A DNA stretch of 64,000 nucleotides from Vicugna vicugna (Eukaryota). Below are positions 1 through 13,300 of this stretch, piece by piece. The position numbers and the translations under genes are program-made. The DNA is taken from positions 3,115,061-3,179,060 of the forward strand of contig MU058423.1 of NCBI GenBank assembly GCA_013265495.1. The letters are read 5' to 3'. Below the pieces are notes generated by a model. That model did not search any database, was not told the origin of the DNA, and saw only the letters and a program-made list of their open reading frames with translations. Each line of letters opens with the position of its first letter. Position 1 is the first letter of the stretch.

Positions 1-853
1 AAAAAATAAAATAAAATTACTTAAACCTATTTGTTATATACATATAGTTTCTTTTTGCTGTGTTCAGTCCCAACACCCTCTCTGTCCTCCTCTTTAGCTC
101 TTGTCACTATGAGTCACTGACAGGCTGGGGCCAGACAAGATGGGCGGGGAGGGAAGAATGGATCCCAGAGCACTGCCAGTGGGCCACTGAGAGTTTATTC
201 GGGCTTGACTCTATTTTCCTTTCTTTAATGCCACCCAAAATAGAACTATATAAAGTACAGGGCTAGATTTCAGAAGATAAATTGTTTTTCTTATATAATT
301 TCTCAGACCAGGAATAAATGGGCCAGTATTTTTATTCTATGTCCAGGGTAGGACATTTAGCGAACTCAACCTAGAGTTAAGCACTGCTGGCAAGTTTTGG
401 TCTATGGTATAGAGGGAGTCTTTTGGCAGCTGAAATAGAAACAGTCAGGTAACCTACTGTAGATCTGTCTAAGGCTCAGGCAGGCTCTGGCTTCAGCCGT
501 AGCCATAGGTTATCCAATCCACACATGAAGCATCTCCATTTTACACAGAATCATACAGTATGTGTATCTGTAATTTTTTCCTATTTTTTAAAGTTAGATT
601 TTTTTTCCCAGCTGTGAAGAAACTAGGGAGGCAGTAGGATATAGTTAGTAGAAAAGGCACTGGACTAGAAATACAGAAAAACTTACGGGGACTGAAAACC
701 TTGTTTAAACTGTACAAATATGAGCATTTCAGAAATACCTGGATTCACATTCACTTATTGTGCCTCCTATGATTAGAACTAAAGTCTCAGAAATAAATCA
801 CAAGAATATCAAAGGGAACTATTCAAACTGTCAGAGAAACATAAATAACTTAC

Positions 854-1013
854 TTTTTCGCGTTATTCTGGGGGGAGTGGAAGACGCAGGTGCTGAAGCA
901 GATCCGGAGTTCTTCTCTTGTAAGCAGCACCTCTGGTCATCCATCCGATTGCTCTGAAATCGGCTTAATAGGTCAAAGAACCCTTCATCTCCAATACTAT
1001 CTGCACTGATTTT
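854..1013 (-). CDS. GPSM2: GPSM2 coding exon 13 (first GoLoco motif); gene continues beyond the left edge of the window
   Basis: Minus strand translates KISADSIGDEGFFDLLSRFQSNRMDDQRCCLQEKN..., with the GoLoco DQR triad; flanked by AG (1015-1014) and GTAAGT (853-848); 160 nt. Confidence 0.96.
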
Positions 1014-3348
1014 CTAAAATATTGAGAGAAAATCTAAATATTCCAGCATTATCCTTAGATTATCAATGAAACAATATCATATATACCTCAAATGCAAAAG
1101 GTAAAGGATGAAGATTAAAAATAAAAAATTTGACATTTTCTTTATATAAGATGGCAACATTGGTCATAAAAATTTATTTCAATCCAACCAACAAAAAGCA
1201 TTTCTAGTTTTTTTTTTATCCTTATATTTCTAAAGCTAAATGTATGTACCTTAGACTCAGGGGAACAGCTACGGATAATGAATTACGCAAATATTAGTAA
1301 ACAGGCATGGATCCTACATTCAAAGTTCTGTTATAAGATTCTACAACAGAATTTAAGTAAACTCATCTTTCTAAGAACTGATAAACTAAGTAAGAAAGCA
1401 TGTATATTCTAGCATAGTGATTTGTAAAGTCTTAAAGATTTGAAGATCTTGAAAAAAATATAAACTTCAAATAAATGAATAGAGACAGAGGGATACCTGT
1501 TAGACTTTATGTGGAAAGCTTCAGAACTAAAATGACAAATGCAGTGTTTACTAATAAAGTAATTATTTTTCATAATGATAATATTGTAATAGAGGTACAT
1601 ACATACAAAATGTTATGAGCCTCGGGAGAAGGGTGTAACTAATTCTTAGATGAAATAGCAGAAACTTGTGTGATACCTGAATTGGCTCCTGAAGAGTCAG
1701 TAAGCATTGCAGGGCAGAGATGTTTCATACTGATTAACACTCAATTCCAAAGGTGGTAGTATTCAGGGGACGATGGACTATGGGGTAGGCCGGGGTGGTG
1801 AAGAGGATAATAAAGAAGAAGCCAAAACAAAGGCTTTTGTGTGACATACTAACAATACTTACCCCATGGGAGAGAAGAGGAGCATTGGTAATAGTTTTAA
1901 GAAGTTTTGTATAGAAACAGAACTGGCACTCCCAGTGGGTTGACGGGGTTAGTAAAGCAGGGAGAGAGATGAGTTCAGGTGCCCATTCCAAACTCCGGGT
2001 AAGAGATGAAGTGGTACATAAAGAACTAAGACACAGGAGCAGTTTTTTTTTTTTTTTCCTTAAGGGGGTGGGGGGAGGATGGTTGGAGGGGTGCAGATCT
2101 GAGCAATACAGGGATTAACTGGATGTGGTCAGTGAAGGAGAGGGAGTCTAAAATGACACTCGGATTCCTAGCTTGGGTGACAGTGAGTAACTGAAATAAG
2201 GAAAACACGAGGGTTTGAGGGAATACAGTTTTTAACATGGCAAGCTTGAGGTTTGGGAATGATAAGTATGTACATAAGCTATAGTCAAATGCAGTAATCA
2301 CTAACAAAGTCAAGTGCAGTAATCACTAACAAAAAGAGTTTTCCCTAGGGGCAAAAAGCCTCTAATTCAAAATTCTGAACATCAAAACGCAGTAAGGCCC
2401 CAAAAATATTGGCACTTCCAGTTGGGCTAAGGGGGCTTAGTTAAGACCTCAAACCTTGAACAAAGGTATGCCTTCCAGTTCCGCTCTGGATCTATAAAAA
2501 AATTCTTGAGCCATTTTTATTAACCCCATAATGTTTTTTGTTAGCCATGCATATGTAAGGAACACGTTAAAAAACTGATAAAAATCAAGGCAAAGGACAC
2601 CACGAGGGCACAGACATAAACAGAATGCTGACAACAGGACCAACAGAAATCTCTGTTAAAAAAATTGTTAGAAGACTAACAATTTTTTCAAAGGTTCTCA
2701 CTGCTTGAAAAATGGATTTGATAATTTGAAGTATCTTCTTTGTAATTTATTTTGATCTCTTTATCAGAGTGTAAGGTAGCTAAATTAGAGGTAGTCCTGA
2801 TACTTGGTAAACCCACGGTATTTTCCGATTTCTAAATATTTTGTTATATTCAATAACCTGATTCCTATGCTTACTTTCTATCAAAACTGTTTTAAATTCT
2901 ATTATTATAATTTCAATAATATAAATAGAAGTTGATAACTTGCAGACACTCTTCATTTTAAATTAGTATTTAAAAATCCTTTAGTATCTGAATTTAGTTT
3001 GACTTCTAAGCTGAATGGAGGATAGTTTTACTGAGAGACACTGGTGAAACAAAAGGTTTTGCAAATGACAGTGACTTAAAACACAACTGTAACTGACTGT
3101 ACTTCAATAAAAAAATACAAAGAAATAATTACTGTCTAAAGTAGTGGAGCAACTTGTCTATAAATGGAGTAATTACAGTTTCTAGCTTTGAAGACAACAG
3201 AAAAGATAGGAAAATACAGAAGACTTTTTTGAATAACAAAGATATTTTATACTGAATATCTAATAATTACAAAAATCGAGCATGAATACAAGAAGACTAA
3301 AATGTAGGAACTCAAAATACAATACCCAAAAGCTTATTTTAAACTTAC

Positions 3349-3525
3349 CCTTTGAGAATTCGCAATTCGGTGATTGACGGAATTACTGGTATCTTGAAGA
3401 ACTTTAGTGGAGGAATTAGTTTTGTATTTTTTCCCCTTCAATCTGTTGACAAAGAGTAACTTTGCAGAAGGTTTGGCAATAAGAGGTTTTTGTTTAACAA
3501 GAATTTCACTGTTCCAGTTTTGTAC
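3349..3525 (-). CDS. GPSM2: GPSM2 coding exon 12 (linker)
   Basis: VQNWNSEILVKQKPLIAKPSAKLLFVNRLKGKKYKTNSSTKVLQDTSNSVNHRIANSQR; tag acceptor and GTAAGT donor; 177 nt, phase 0-0. Confidence 0.96.
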
Positions 3526-4010
3526 CTACAAAATTATAAATATAAATGGAAAACAGGACATGAAAAAAAGAACACCAAAGCTACCTCAGGCTTCCTATAT
3601 TAATCTGCCGTCATTTAGCAAAGGGGGTGGGGTGAGTGGCTTAGATCTCTTACTAAGTTTCTTTCCGCCAGTATATATCTCACTATTTTCAACAGCTTGT
3701 ACCAAATGTATACTGTGAATTTCTCATTATCAAAATATTAACATGGAGGCTTTTAATAACCTAAGAATAAAAAAACAAAGTTTGCTGTAAGTCTAAAATA
3801 TAACTTGGTCAGAAAAGGAACCAAGGTTTTATTCTTGATGGGAGTTATTTAAAAATCTGGTAAAACTGGAAATTTTGGGTATATGTAGAATTCTTAACTG
3901 TAAAAATTAACAGCTAAAAACTTATATAGTAGTAGTACTGAACTCTTTGACAACTTTATTACAAGGGGAAAAGACCATCACAGAGAACTGATTCCACTAA
4001 AACATGTTTT

Positions 4011-4193
4011 ATTTTTTTTTAATTATTTTATTTATTTATCACAGTATTAATTACTTTGGTGGGGGTGGGGGAAGAGGCTATTAGGTTTATTTATTTTTAG
4101 AGGAGGTACTGGGGATTGAACCCAGGACCTCCTGCATGCATCTCATGCATGCTAAACATGCTCTCTACCATTTGAGCTACACCGTTCCCCCTT
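4011..4193 (-). mobile_element. tRNA-derived SINE, camelid type
   Basis: Reverse complement shows a tRNA-like head (gtagctca...ggtagag A-box; gggttcaatccc B-box) and an A-rich tail; TSD aaacatgtttt at 4000 and 4195. Confidence 0.85.
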
Positions 4194-4205
4194 CAAACAT
4201 GTTTT

Positions 4206-5393
4206 TTTTTTNNNNNNNNNNNNNNNNNNNNNNNNNNNNNNNNNNNNNNNNNNNNNNNNNNNNNNNNNNNNNNNNNNNNNNNNNNNNNNNNNNNNNNNNN
4301 NNNNNNNNNNNNNNNNNCTTTTTCACTCTATCACAAGATCTTGTATATATTTCCCTGTGCTATACAGTATAATCTTGTTTATCTATTCTACATATACCTG
4401 TCAGTATCTACAAATTTCGAACTCCCAGTCTGTCCCTTCCCACCCCCTTACTCCCTGGCAATCACAAGTTTGTATTCTATGTCGATGAGTCTGTTTGTTT
4501 TGTATTTATGTCCTTTTTTTTAGATTCCACATATGAGTGATCTCATACGGTATTTTTCTTTCTCTTTAGGGCTTACTTCACTTGGAATGACACTCTCCGG
4601 GGACATCTATGTTGCTGCAAATGGTGTTGTCATTTTTATGGCTGAAAAGTATTCCATTGTATTAAATATACCACATCTTCTTTATCCAGTCATCCGTCAA
4701 TGGATATTTAGGCTGTTTCCATGTCTTGGCTATTGTAAATAGTGCTGCTATGAACACTGAGGTGCAGGTGTCTTTTTGAAGTAGGGTTCTTTCTGGATAT
4801 ATGCCCAGGAGCTGGATGACTGGGGTCATGTGATAAGTCTATTCCTAGTCTTTTGAGGAATCTCCATACTGTTTTCCACAGTGGCTGCACCAAACTGCAT
4901 TCCCACCAGCAGTGTAGGAGGGTTCCCTTTTCTCCACAGCTTCTCCAGCATTTGTCGTTTGTGGACTTTTGAACGATGGCCATTCTGACTGGTGTGAGGT
5001 GATACCTCATCGTAGTTTTGATTTGCATTTCTCTGATAATTAGTGACATTGAGCATTTTTTCAGGTGCCTAATGATCATTTGTATTTCTTCCTTGGAGAA
5101 TTGCTTGTTTAGGTCTTCTGCCTATTTTTGGATTGGGTTGTTAGTTTTTTTCTTATTAAGTCATGAGCTGCTTATATATTCTGGAGATCAAGCCTTTGTC
5201 AGTTTCATCTTTTGCAAAAATTTTCTATTCCGTAGGGTGACGTTTTGTTTTGCTTATGGTTTCCTTTGCTGTGCAGAAGCTTGTAAGTTTCATTAGGTCC
5301 CATTTGTTTATTCTTGCTTTTATTTCTATTGCTTGGGTAGACTGCCCAAGGAGAACATTCCTGAGATGCATGTTAGATAATGTTTTGCCTATG
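4206..5393 (-). mobile_element. 5'-truncated LINE-1 (ORF2 C-terminus and 3'UTR)
   Basis: ORF 4708..5079 has L1 ORF2 C-terminal motifs ([30 protein letters not shown]); poly(T) start; TSD caaacatgtttt at 4194 and 5394. Confidence 0.93.
4212..4317. other. Assembly gap (N run)
   Basis: About 106 consecutive N inside the L1 tail. Confidence 1.
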
Positions 5394-6370
5394 CAAACAT
5401 GTTTTAAATTATAGATAAAGCTTTATCATCATTTGACTCTTAGGAAAAATTACAGGGTTGAATCTGGTTAGCTTCTCATGGAATTTACTTTTAGTACCAC
5501 TACTACAGTGGTACCAAACTAATTTTGCTGCTTATTAATAGGTTCCTACCTACTAGAAGGAAGGAGACCTAAATTGACTTAAAAGATTTTATTCTGTTTT
5601 TTTTTTTAAATAATCTGTAGATTTAATGGATTTGAGAACCACTCATAAGATAAGAGATGAATATTTGGGGGAGATCACAAAGGTCTTCAGAAGTTAAGAG
5701 TTTTTAAACAACTCTTAACTGTTTAGAATAAAAAAATAGTGGATATAAATTCAAATTAGTTAGTGTTGGTCTTATGAAGACTTTACACAGAAAAACATCA
5801 ATATTCAAAAACATACCTATTAAAACAATAGGACAGAAGAATATTTTATGACATGGAAAGATGTTGATATATTACTACATATTATAAAACAGTATCTAAT
5901 ATTCATATGAAAATGCAAAATAAAAAAATACCAAAATAGTAATTTTAGTTACCACTGGGATGTGGGATTACTGACAATTTCCTTGTTGGAAGTTTCCAAA
6001 GTTGTTATAATAAACATATTTTATAAAAAGTGTTTTTTAAAAGTATGCCATAAAGGAAAAGGAGCCTACTTTAACAATGTAAAATTAAAATAAGAGTTGG
6101 AAGAAAGTAGCCTAGATTTGTTTTTCAATAACCTTTTTTCCAATTATAAAACCCCTTTTCTGTTAAAAAAAAAAAAAAGCTTGAGAAGATGCATCTTGAA
6201 TAGTTATTTTTTGTAGTTAATAACAAAAAGCTTTTCAAAAATGCAGCTAAACTAGCTTGATCATAAATATCATTAATCTTGCCAATAAATGTTGCTGTTA
6301 CTCAGTTGAAAAAAAAAAGCTTCCTAATCCTTGTTTGATTTTCCTGATCTTTTAATTAAAAAACCAAAGT

Positions 6371-7830
6371 AATGGAACAGAACAGAGAGCCCAGAAATAA
6401 ACCCACAGACCTACAGTCAATTAATCTTCAACAAAGGAGGCAAGAATATAAAATGGAGAAAAGATGAAAAGCTCTTCAGCAAGTGGTGTTGGGAAAACTG
6501 GATAGCAGCATGTAAATTAATGAAGTTAGAACACTCCCTCACACCATACACAAAAATAAACTCAAAATGGCTTAAAGACTTAAATATAAGGCAAGACACT
6601 ATAAACCTCCTAGAAGAAAACATAGGCAAACATTCTCTGACATAAATCTTAGCCATGCTCTCCTAGGGCAGTCTACTTAGGCAACATATAAAAGCAAAAA
6701 ATTAACAATTGGGACCTAATTAAACATACAAGCTTTTGCACAGCAAAGGAAACCATAAGCAAAACAAAACAACAATCCACAGAATGGGAGAAAATATTTG
6801 CAAATGATGTGACTGACAAAGGTTTAATTTCCAGAATATATAAACAGCTCATACAACATAATAAAAAAACAACCCAATCCAAAAACAAGGAGAAGACCTA
6901 AACAAGCAGTTCTCCAAGGAAGACATACAAAAGGCCAATAAGCACATGAAAAAATGCTCAATATCACTAATTACCAGAGAAATGCAAATCAAAACTACAA
7001 TGAGGTTATCACCTCATACCAGTCAGAACGGCCATCATTCAAAAGTCCACAAACAATAAATGCTGGAGAGGGTGTGGAGAAGAGGGACGGGACCCTTCCT
7101 ACACTGCTGGTGGATTATGTAGTTTGGTGCAGCCATTATATATTACAGCTTGGAGATTCCTCAAAAGACTAGGAATAGACTTACCATATGATCCAGCAAT
7201 CCCACTCTTGGGCATACATCCAGAGGGAACTCTAATTTGAAAAGATACATTGAACCTAATGTTCATAGCAGCGCTATATACAATAGTCAAGACCTGGAAA
7301 CAACCTAAATGTCCATCAAAAGATGACTGGATGAAGAAGTTGTGGTATATTTATACAGTGGAATACTACTCAGCCATAAAAAAGAACAAAATAATGCCAT
7401 TTGCAGCAACATGGATGGATCTAGAGATCATCATTCTAAGTGAAGTAAGCCAGAAAGAGAAAGAAAAATACCATATGATATCACTTATACGTGGAATTTA
7501 AAAATAAAAAGAGGTCACTAATGAACTTATCTACAAAACAGAAACAGACTCTCAGACTTAGTAAACAATCTTATGGTTACTGGGGAAAAGGGAGTGGGAA
7601 GGGATAAATTTGGGACTTTGAGATTTGCAAATGTTAGCCACTATATGTAAAAATAGATTTAAAAAAACAAATTTCTTCTTTACAGCTCAGGAAACTATTT
7701 AATATCTTGTAATAACCTTCAATGAAAAAGAATATGGAAACAAATGTATGTATGTGTATGCATGACTGGGTCATTTGTGCTGTACACCAGAAATTGACAC
7801 ATTGTAACTGACTACTACAATTAAAAAAAA
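6371..7830 (+). mobile_element. 5'-truncated LINE-1 (ORF2 3' part and 3'UTR)
   Basis: Fragmented ORF2 peptides (MFIAALYTIVKTWKQPKCPS, MPFAATWMDLEIIILSEVSQ); ends ...tgtaactgactactacaattaaaaaaaa. Confidence 0.93.
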
Positions 7831-8223
7831 ATTTTTTTAAACTGCAGAAACAAAACAATAAAAAAAAGTAATACATGTACATGGTAAAATATTCAAACAG
7901 TTCAGACTAGTATATAAAATATTTCTCCTAACCCAGACACCACTTCTTTTCCCAGAGGTAATCGTTATTAGCAAGTTTCTTACATATTCTTCCAGAAATG
8001 TCTTACGCCTCTACAAAGGCTATATAGGAAAACTTTTCTTAAACAGTTGTAACATTCTGTATACATTCTTTTTGCACTGTACTTTTTTCTGATTGTTTTT
8101 AAAGGTAAATTTTTAAGTGATACTTATACAGAATAAGGCTTATTTAAATTATTGCATTTTAGTTAAAAGCTTCTAAAATATTTTATTGTAAAAGCCCAAG
8201 AAATTTAAAACATAACTGCGAAC

Positions 8224-8294
8224 CTTTTCTGGTGTTAACTTCATAAGTTCCATGTTTTCCATACTGTGTCGGCGTCCAAACTTGGGGCGTGCAC
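8224..8294 (-). CDS. GPSM2: GPSM2 coding exon 11 (linker RRHS phospho-motif)
   Basis: (G)ARPKFGRRHSMENMELMKLTPEK; T17-acgaag acceptor and GTTCGC donor; 71 nt, phases fit exons 10 and 12. Confidence 0.93.
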
Positions 8295-8799
8295 CTTCGT
8301 AAAAAAAAAAAAAAAAAGTTAATTCAAGTAAACCAGGGAGCCCTTAAGACTGCAAATTCAGCATCATAACACAAACCCATGTATTCTTTTAAGAAGAATA
8401 ATTTTCCACCCTATATAAAAATACACACTCCCTCTAAAATGTTTTGATGTAAGGAAGTTAACATTTTGGTTGAAAAGTAACTTTGGTTACTAACATTACT
8501 GCTTAATTTAGAGAAGACAATTTTATAATAACTGGTTTTATATGATACATACAGTTTCCAAAAAACAACCCAAACAAACTGTAGAGTGGTTTAAGTAAAA
8601 ACATAAGGAAAATGTAAGGCCTCCAATTTTGAGGTAAGAAGCAAAACATTTCCACTACTCTTTCCTGAGTTGCCCATTTCCATTCTAAGATTTCACTAGA
8701 TGCTAGATATACTGCCAGTCAAAAACCAAGTTAAAAAATACTCAAATTTTTCTTCAATAAAGTTATTAAATATAGATAATTTCCATATCCATTCAATCT

Positions 8800-11100
8800 T
8801 TTAATATTTTAAAAGGCATAACATAAGGAACACATGATACCTAATTCCCAGCTTAATAAACCATGGCCAACTCCCCCAATAACGTCCCTCTGCTTCCATA
8901 ATTTTTTATATTTCCATCACATATGTATATGTCTCTAATAAGCAATGGAGCTTATTATGTAACATTATAGAAATGGCCTCATACTGTATATATTCTCTAA
9001 CTTGCTTCCTTTGAGCAAGCAACCTCATGTTTATGAGATTCATCCAAGTTGATATGAGTGGCCTGATTTTCATCACAATTTTAGGACTAGGAAATTACTT
9101 ATGCATTCTGTTGGTGGTAGATGTTCAGGCCGCTTCTGCCTTTCTGTCATTGTAAGCAATACCACCACAGGTGGAAATAGCTCTTCATGTGCACTAGCAA
9201 GCTGCCTTCCAGCCTGGACATCACAGGTGTTGTAACTGGGAATGAAACTGCTGGATCACACGGTCAGTACAGCTCCACCCCCATCAAATGTTGTGCCAGA
9301 GTGCTCTTTCCAGTACACCAACTTCTACTCCATCAACACTGTGTGAGAGTTTCTATTATCTGTACATTTCAGTACTGGTATTATCAGGCCTTTTCATCTT
9401 CATCCACCTCATCCACCAATAATTCCTCACTATAGTTTCCCCTGATTAAGAGAGGTAAATACATTTTCATGTAATTATGGGCTGTTTGCACTTCTTCTGT
9501 TCATTGCTTTTACCTATTTTTTTAGTTGGGTGGCTTTGTTTTTAATTCATAGGAGTTCTCATACATTGAGGATACAAATCCTTTTTTAATCATATGTGTG
9601 GTGTATGTCCTCTCAGTTTGTGTTTCATCTCTTTATGGTTACTTTTAATGAAGTTCTTTATTTCAATGTCAATCTTTTCCTTAATGGTTTTGTTTTTGTG
9701 TTTTGAGAACTCTTTCCCTCTCTGAAATCATGAAGATACCTTTTGTTTACAGAGGCAGTACAGCATACAATTGAACATGGAACCCTAAAGTCAGACCACT
9801 CACTCACTCGTGATATGACCTTGGGCAATCCCCTCTGTGATTCCGTTTTCTCATTTGTAAAGAGCAGCAGTACCTACCTCTCATCACTGCGATGATACAT
9901 GTGTCATCATCTGCAAAGGGGTCAGCACAGTGCCCCCTGGTAAGTACTAAGCACTCAGCAAATGCTGACCTGCTGATCACCATCACTGCTGCTTTAAATC
10001 TGTCTTTCATACTGAAATCCTTAATCTATCAAGAATTTATTTTTGTGTGAGATATTAATTTCCACATATGCAAGAAATACAAATACAGGCTTTATGTTCC
10101 ATTCACCGGTCTGTCTGTCTCTATGCCTGTGACACATCGTATTAACTACTGTGGCTTTATCATCTTTATAGCTGTAGAGAAAGCACTTCTCACTTCTTGT
10201 TTTTCATCAGGAATGTTTTGGTTTTGAGTTCTCAGCTTGTTTTTCTTTCATATACGTTTATGAACGACCTCATCAAGTTCCAAGAAAAAACTGTCATAAT
10301 TTGCTGGGCAGCACACTGAATTTACATTAATTTGGGAAGAACTGACATCCTTGATAATATTTAGTTTTCTGATATGAGCAGTTACTGAGAGAAATGCGTT
10401 AAAATTTCCCCTTACGATTCTGGATTTTCCCATTTCTCCCTCCAGCTTGCTCAGTTTATGTAACTGAAGCTTTGCTATTAGGCTTACTAGGCACATACAA
10501 ACTTAAGGCTTTTATCTTCCTGGTGAACTGAATTGTTAATCACTGAGAAGTGACCTTCTTCATTTTTAACGACCTTTTGCCTTAAAGTGCACTACACCTG
10601 ACATTAATACAGCGATACCAGCTTTCTTTTGGTTAGTTCTTCCATGATACATCTTTTTCTATCCTTTTATTTTCAGGCTTACTATATCCTTACATTTAGC
10701 TGGATTTTATTCTTTTACCAATCTGACACTCCCGTCCTTTAAATGAAACATTTACATTTAATAGAATTACTAACATATTTGGATATTTGAACTATTTTCT
10801 CCTTTACTATGTTTACTGGTATATTACATTAACTGACTTCCCAATGTTCAATCCACTGAATTCCTGTTTGGTTTAAATTTAAAAAATTGGTTTGCTAATA
10901 TTTTGTTTAGAATTTCTGCATCTATGTTTACCAGAAAACGCTTGATTTACAACTCATTAATGAGTCAAACACACAATTTGAAAAACACTGTGTTAGACCA
11001 ACCCCACTAAATGTGCTGGTCAAATCCTCTATATTATTACTGATATCTGACTCCTGATTGATTTTTACCTATCAATTATTGAGAGGAATGTTAAAATCAC
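8800..11100 (-). mobile_element. Old degraded L1 (L1M-type) fragments with an interspersed MIR (~9750-9960)
   Basis: L1 antisense motifs (gagattcatccaagttg, ttggaagaactgacatc-like, ccagctttcttttggttag); boundaries approximate. Confidence 0.6.
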
Positions 11101-11829
11101 ATTAAGATATAAGTATCAGATAAGACACAGACTCTGAAGCCAGACTGACTAGGTTTAACTCACATCTCTACCACTTGGATAGAACTCTGGGAAATTTACT
11201 TAACCTCTCCTGCCCCCATTCTCCCCATCTATAAATTAAGGATAACAGAAACTTACTTCCTAGAGTTGTCAGGATTAAATGAGTTAAAACAGGTAAAGCA
11301 CTTAAAGCACTGTCTGGACACATAGTAAACACTCAATAATTGTTAGCTATTATTATTTCTTCACAAATCTGCCTGATCATTTTTGTTATTCCTTTGTTTC
11401 AATTCTGTTATTCCTGTAAACATTTAACCATAGTCATTTTAAATTCTGTATCCAGTAATTCTAATACCTGAAGATCTTGGTGATCTAATTTTGCTTTTGT
11501 TTGTTTTCTTACTCCCATTGGCTTGTTTCTTTAGGTGTTTGGTAAATTTTGTTGTTGTTGCTGTGAGCCTTTATAGGCCTGGATCAAGGATGGCTTTCCT
11601 CCAGAAAGTATCTGATCTTACTTCTGCTAAGTCCCAAGGAGCATTTCTGACCCAGAGCACTTTAATAGACTGGGCTGTCTTAACAGCATGGGCAGAATAA
11701 ATCAAATTCCAAACCAGTATGTAGGCAGGTTTATGAATTCAGATTCTTATGAAAGTCTCCTTTTCTCCACCTTGAGTCAACACCAGAATTGTAAAGTTTT
11801 GTTGCTGTTCCTTTAGCCAGCAGGCTTTC

Positions 11830-13300
11830 CCTGGCACTGGGGATACAGCAGTGAACATAAGAGACCAAAAAATACCTGTCTTTAAGGAGCCAAACTGAGC
11901 AAGAAGGGAGCAGTAGGAAATGATGCTGAAGTAGGCTGGGTCCAGATTACACAGGACCCACTAACCATGGTGAGGATGGAGGATTTGTTCTAGGTATGAT
12001 GGGATGTCACTGGGGAAGTTTGAGCAGAGAAATGACACGACATGATTTACATTTTAAAAGAGCACTCTGGCTGCTGTGAGGGAGTCAGTGTGAGGGATCA
12101 ACAATGGAAGCAAGAGGATCAGCTGGCAGGCTCATGGTCTACTGGGAGATGTCGGGAGAATGTACCAAGACTGCTGCAGCATACACCGTAAGAGAGATTA
12201 GGGATATATTTTGAAAGTAGCAAGTTGGATGTAGGAGTGAGTGGAAGAAAGGGAACAAAGGTGACCCTTAGGTTTTTGGCCTGAACACTTGTTTGATTCA
12301 ATGGTGGTACCATTTCCTGAGATAAGGTGGACTGGAGGAAGGATATGTTTGGGGAGAAAAAATAAGAGGTCCATGTTGGACATGTTAAGTTTTAGATGCC
12401 AATTAGATATTTAAATGGAAGTATTAAATATATGAATTTCCAACTCAAGGGAGATTATGACTGGAAATACCAACATGAAAATCATCAGCATTTGATGGTA
12501 TAAAAGCCAACCAACTGAATGAAATCTTCCAGAGCTGTGCTGTAAGATACAGTAGCCACTAGCCACATGTGGCTTTTAAAACGTTAACTAATTAAAGTTA
12601 AATAACATTAAACAATTCACTTCCTCTTTTGCACTAGCCACATTTCAAGTGCTCAACAGCCACAATATGGCTAGAGGCTATTATACTGAACAGCAGATGT
12701 AGGCCACTTCCATCTTCACAAACAGTTCTAGTAGAAGCACTGGTCAAGAGTGTAGGATAGGAGGAATAATGATAAAATCAGGAAGGAAGGAAGAAGATAG
12801 ATCAGCAGAAAATAGACAGGGAGAGAGGGAAGGGAAAAGAGGTCCAACAACTGAACCCCAGGCACTACATATGCCAAGGACGGAAAGATGAGAAAGAGAG
12901 GAAAGAATAATGAGAACAAAGTGGCCAGCGAGGTGGAGGCAAACCAGAAAAAGTGGGTAATCCTGGAGGCCAAATGAATGAAGTATTTTCAGAAGGGAAT
13001 GATCAACTGTAGGACATAATGTTGAAATCAAATAAGCTGACATCTATAACTAATCAACGTATTTGGTAAAATGGAGGTCTCTGGCAACCTTGTAAAAGCT
13101 TTAGTGTCATGATGGGGCCAAAGCCAGACCCCAGTGGGTTGAAGAGAGAATGGGAGGTGAGGAAGTAAAGACAATGAACAGTAATATCATTTTCAAGTTT
13201 TGTTTAAGGGGGAAAAAGGAATAGGTCTATAAGCTTGAGGGGCCCATGAGGACAAGTGATGTTTTGTTAAGATATGAGAGCTATTACAGCATAACCTATT
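11830..13300. mobile_element. LINE-2 fragment interrupted by a MER3-like element
   Basis: L2 motifs (aagagcactctggctgctgtg, ggacatgttaagttttagatgcc, aagccagaccccagtgggttgaagag). Confidence 0.7.
12533..12742. mobile_element. MER3-like hAT/Charlie MITE
   Basis: Characteristic palindromic tagccactagccacatgtggct...tggctagaggcta structure. Confidence 0.8.

Noticed and set aside
4533..7882. Cluster of 60-120 aa ORFs
   Set aside because: Fragments and antisense frames of truncated L1 ORF2 and 3'UTR, not host genes
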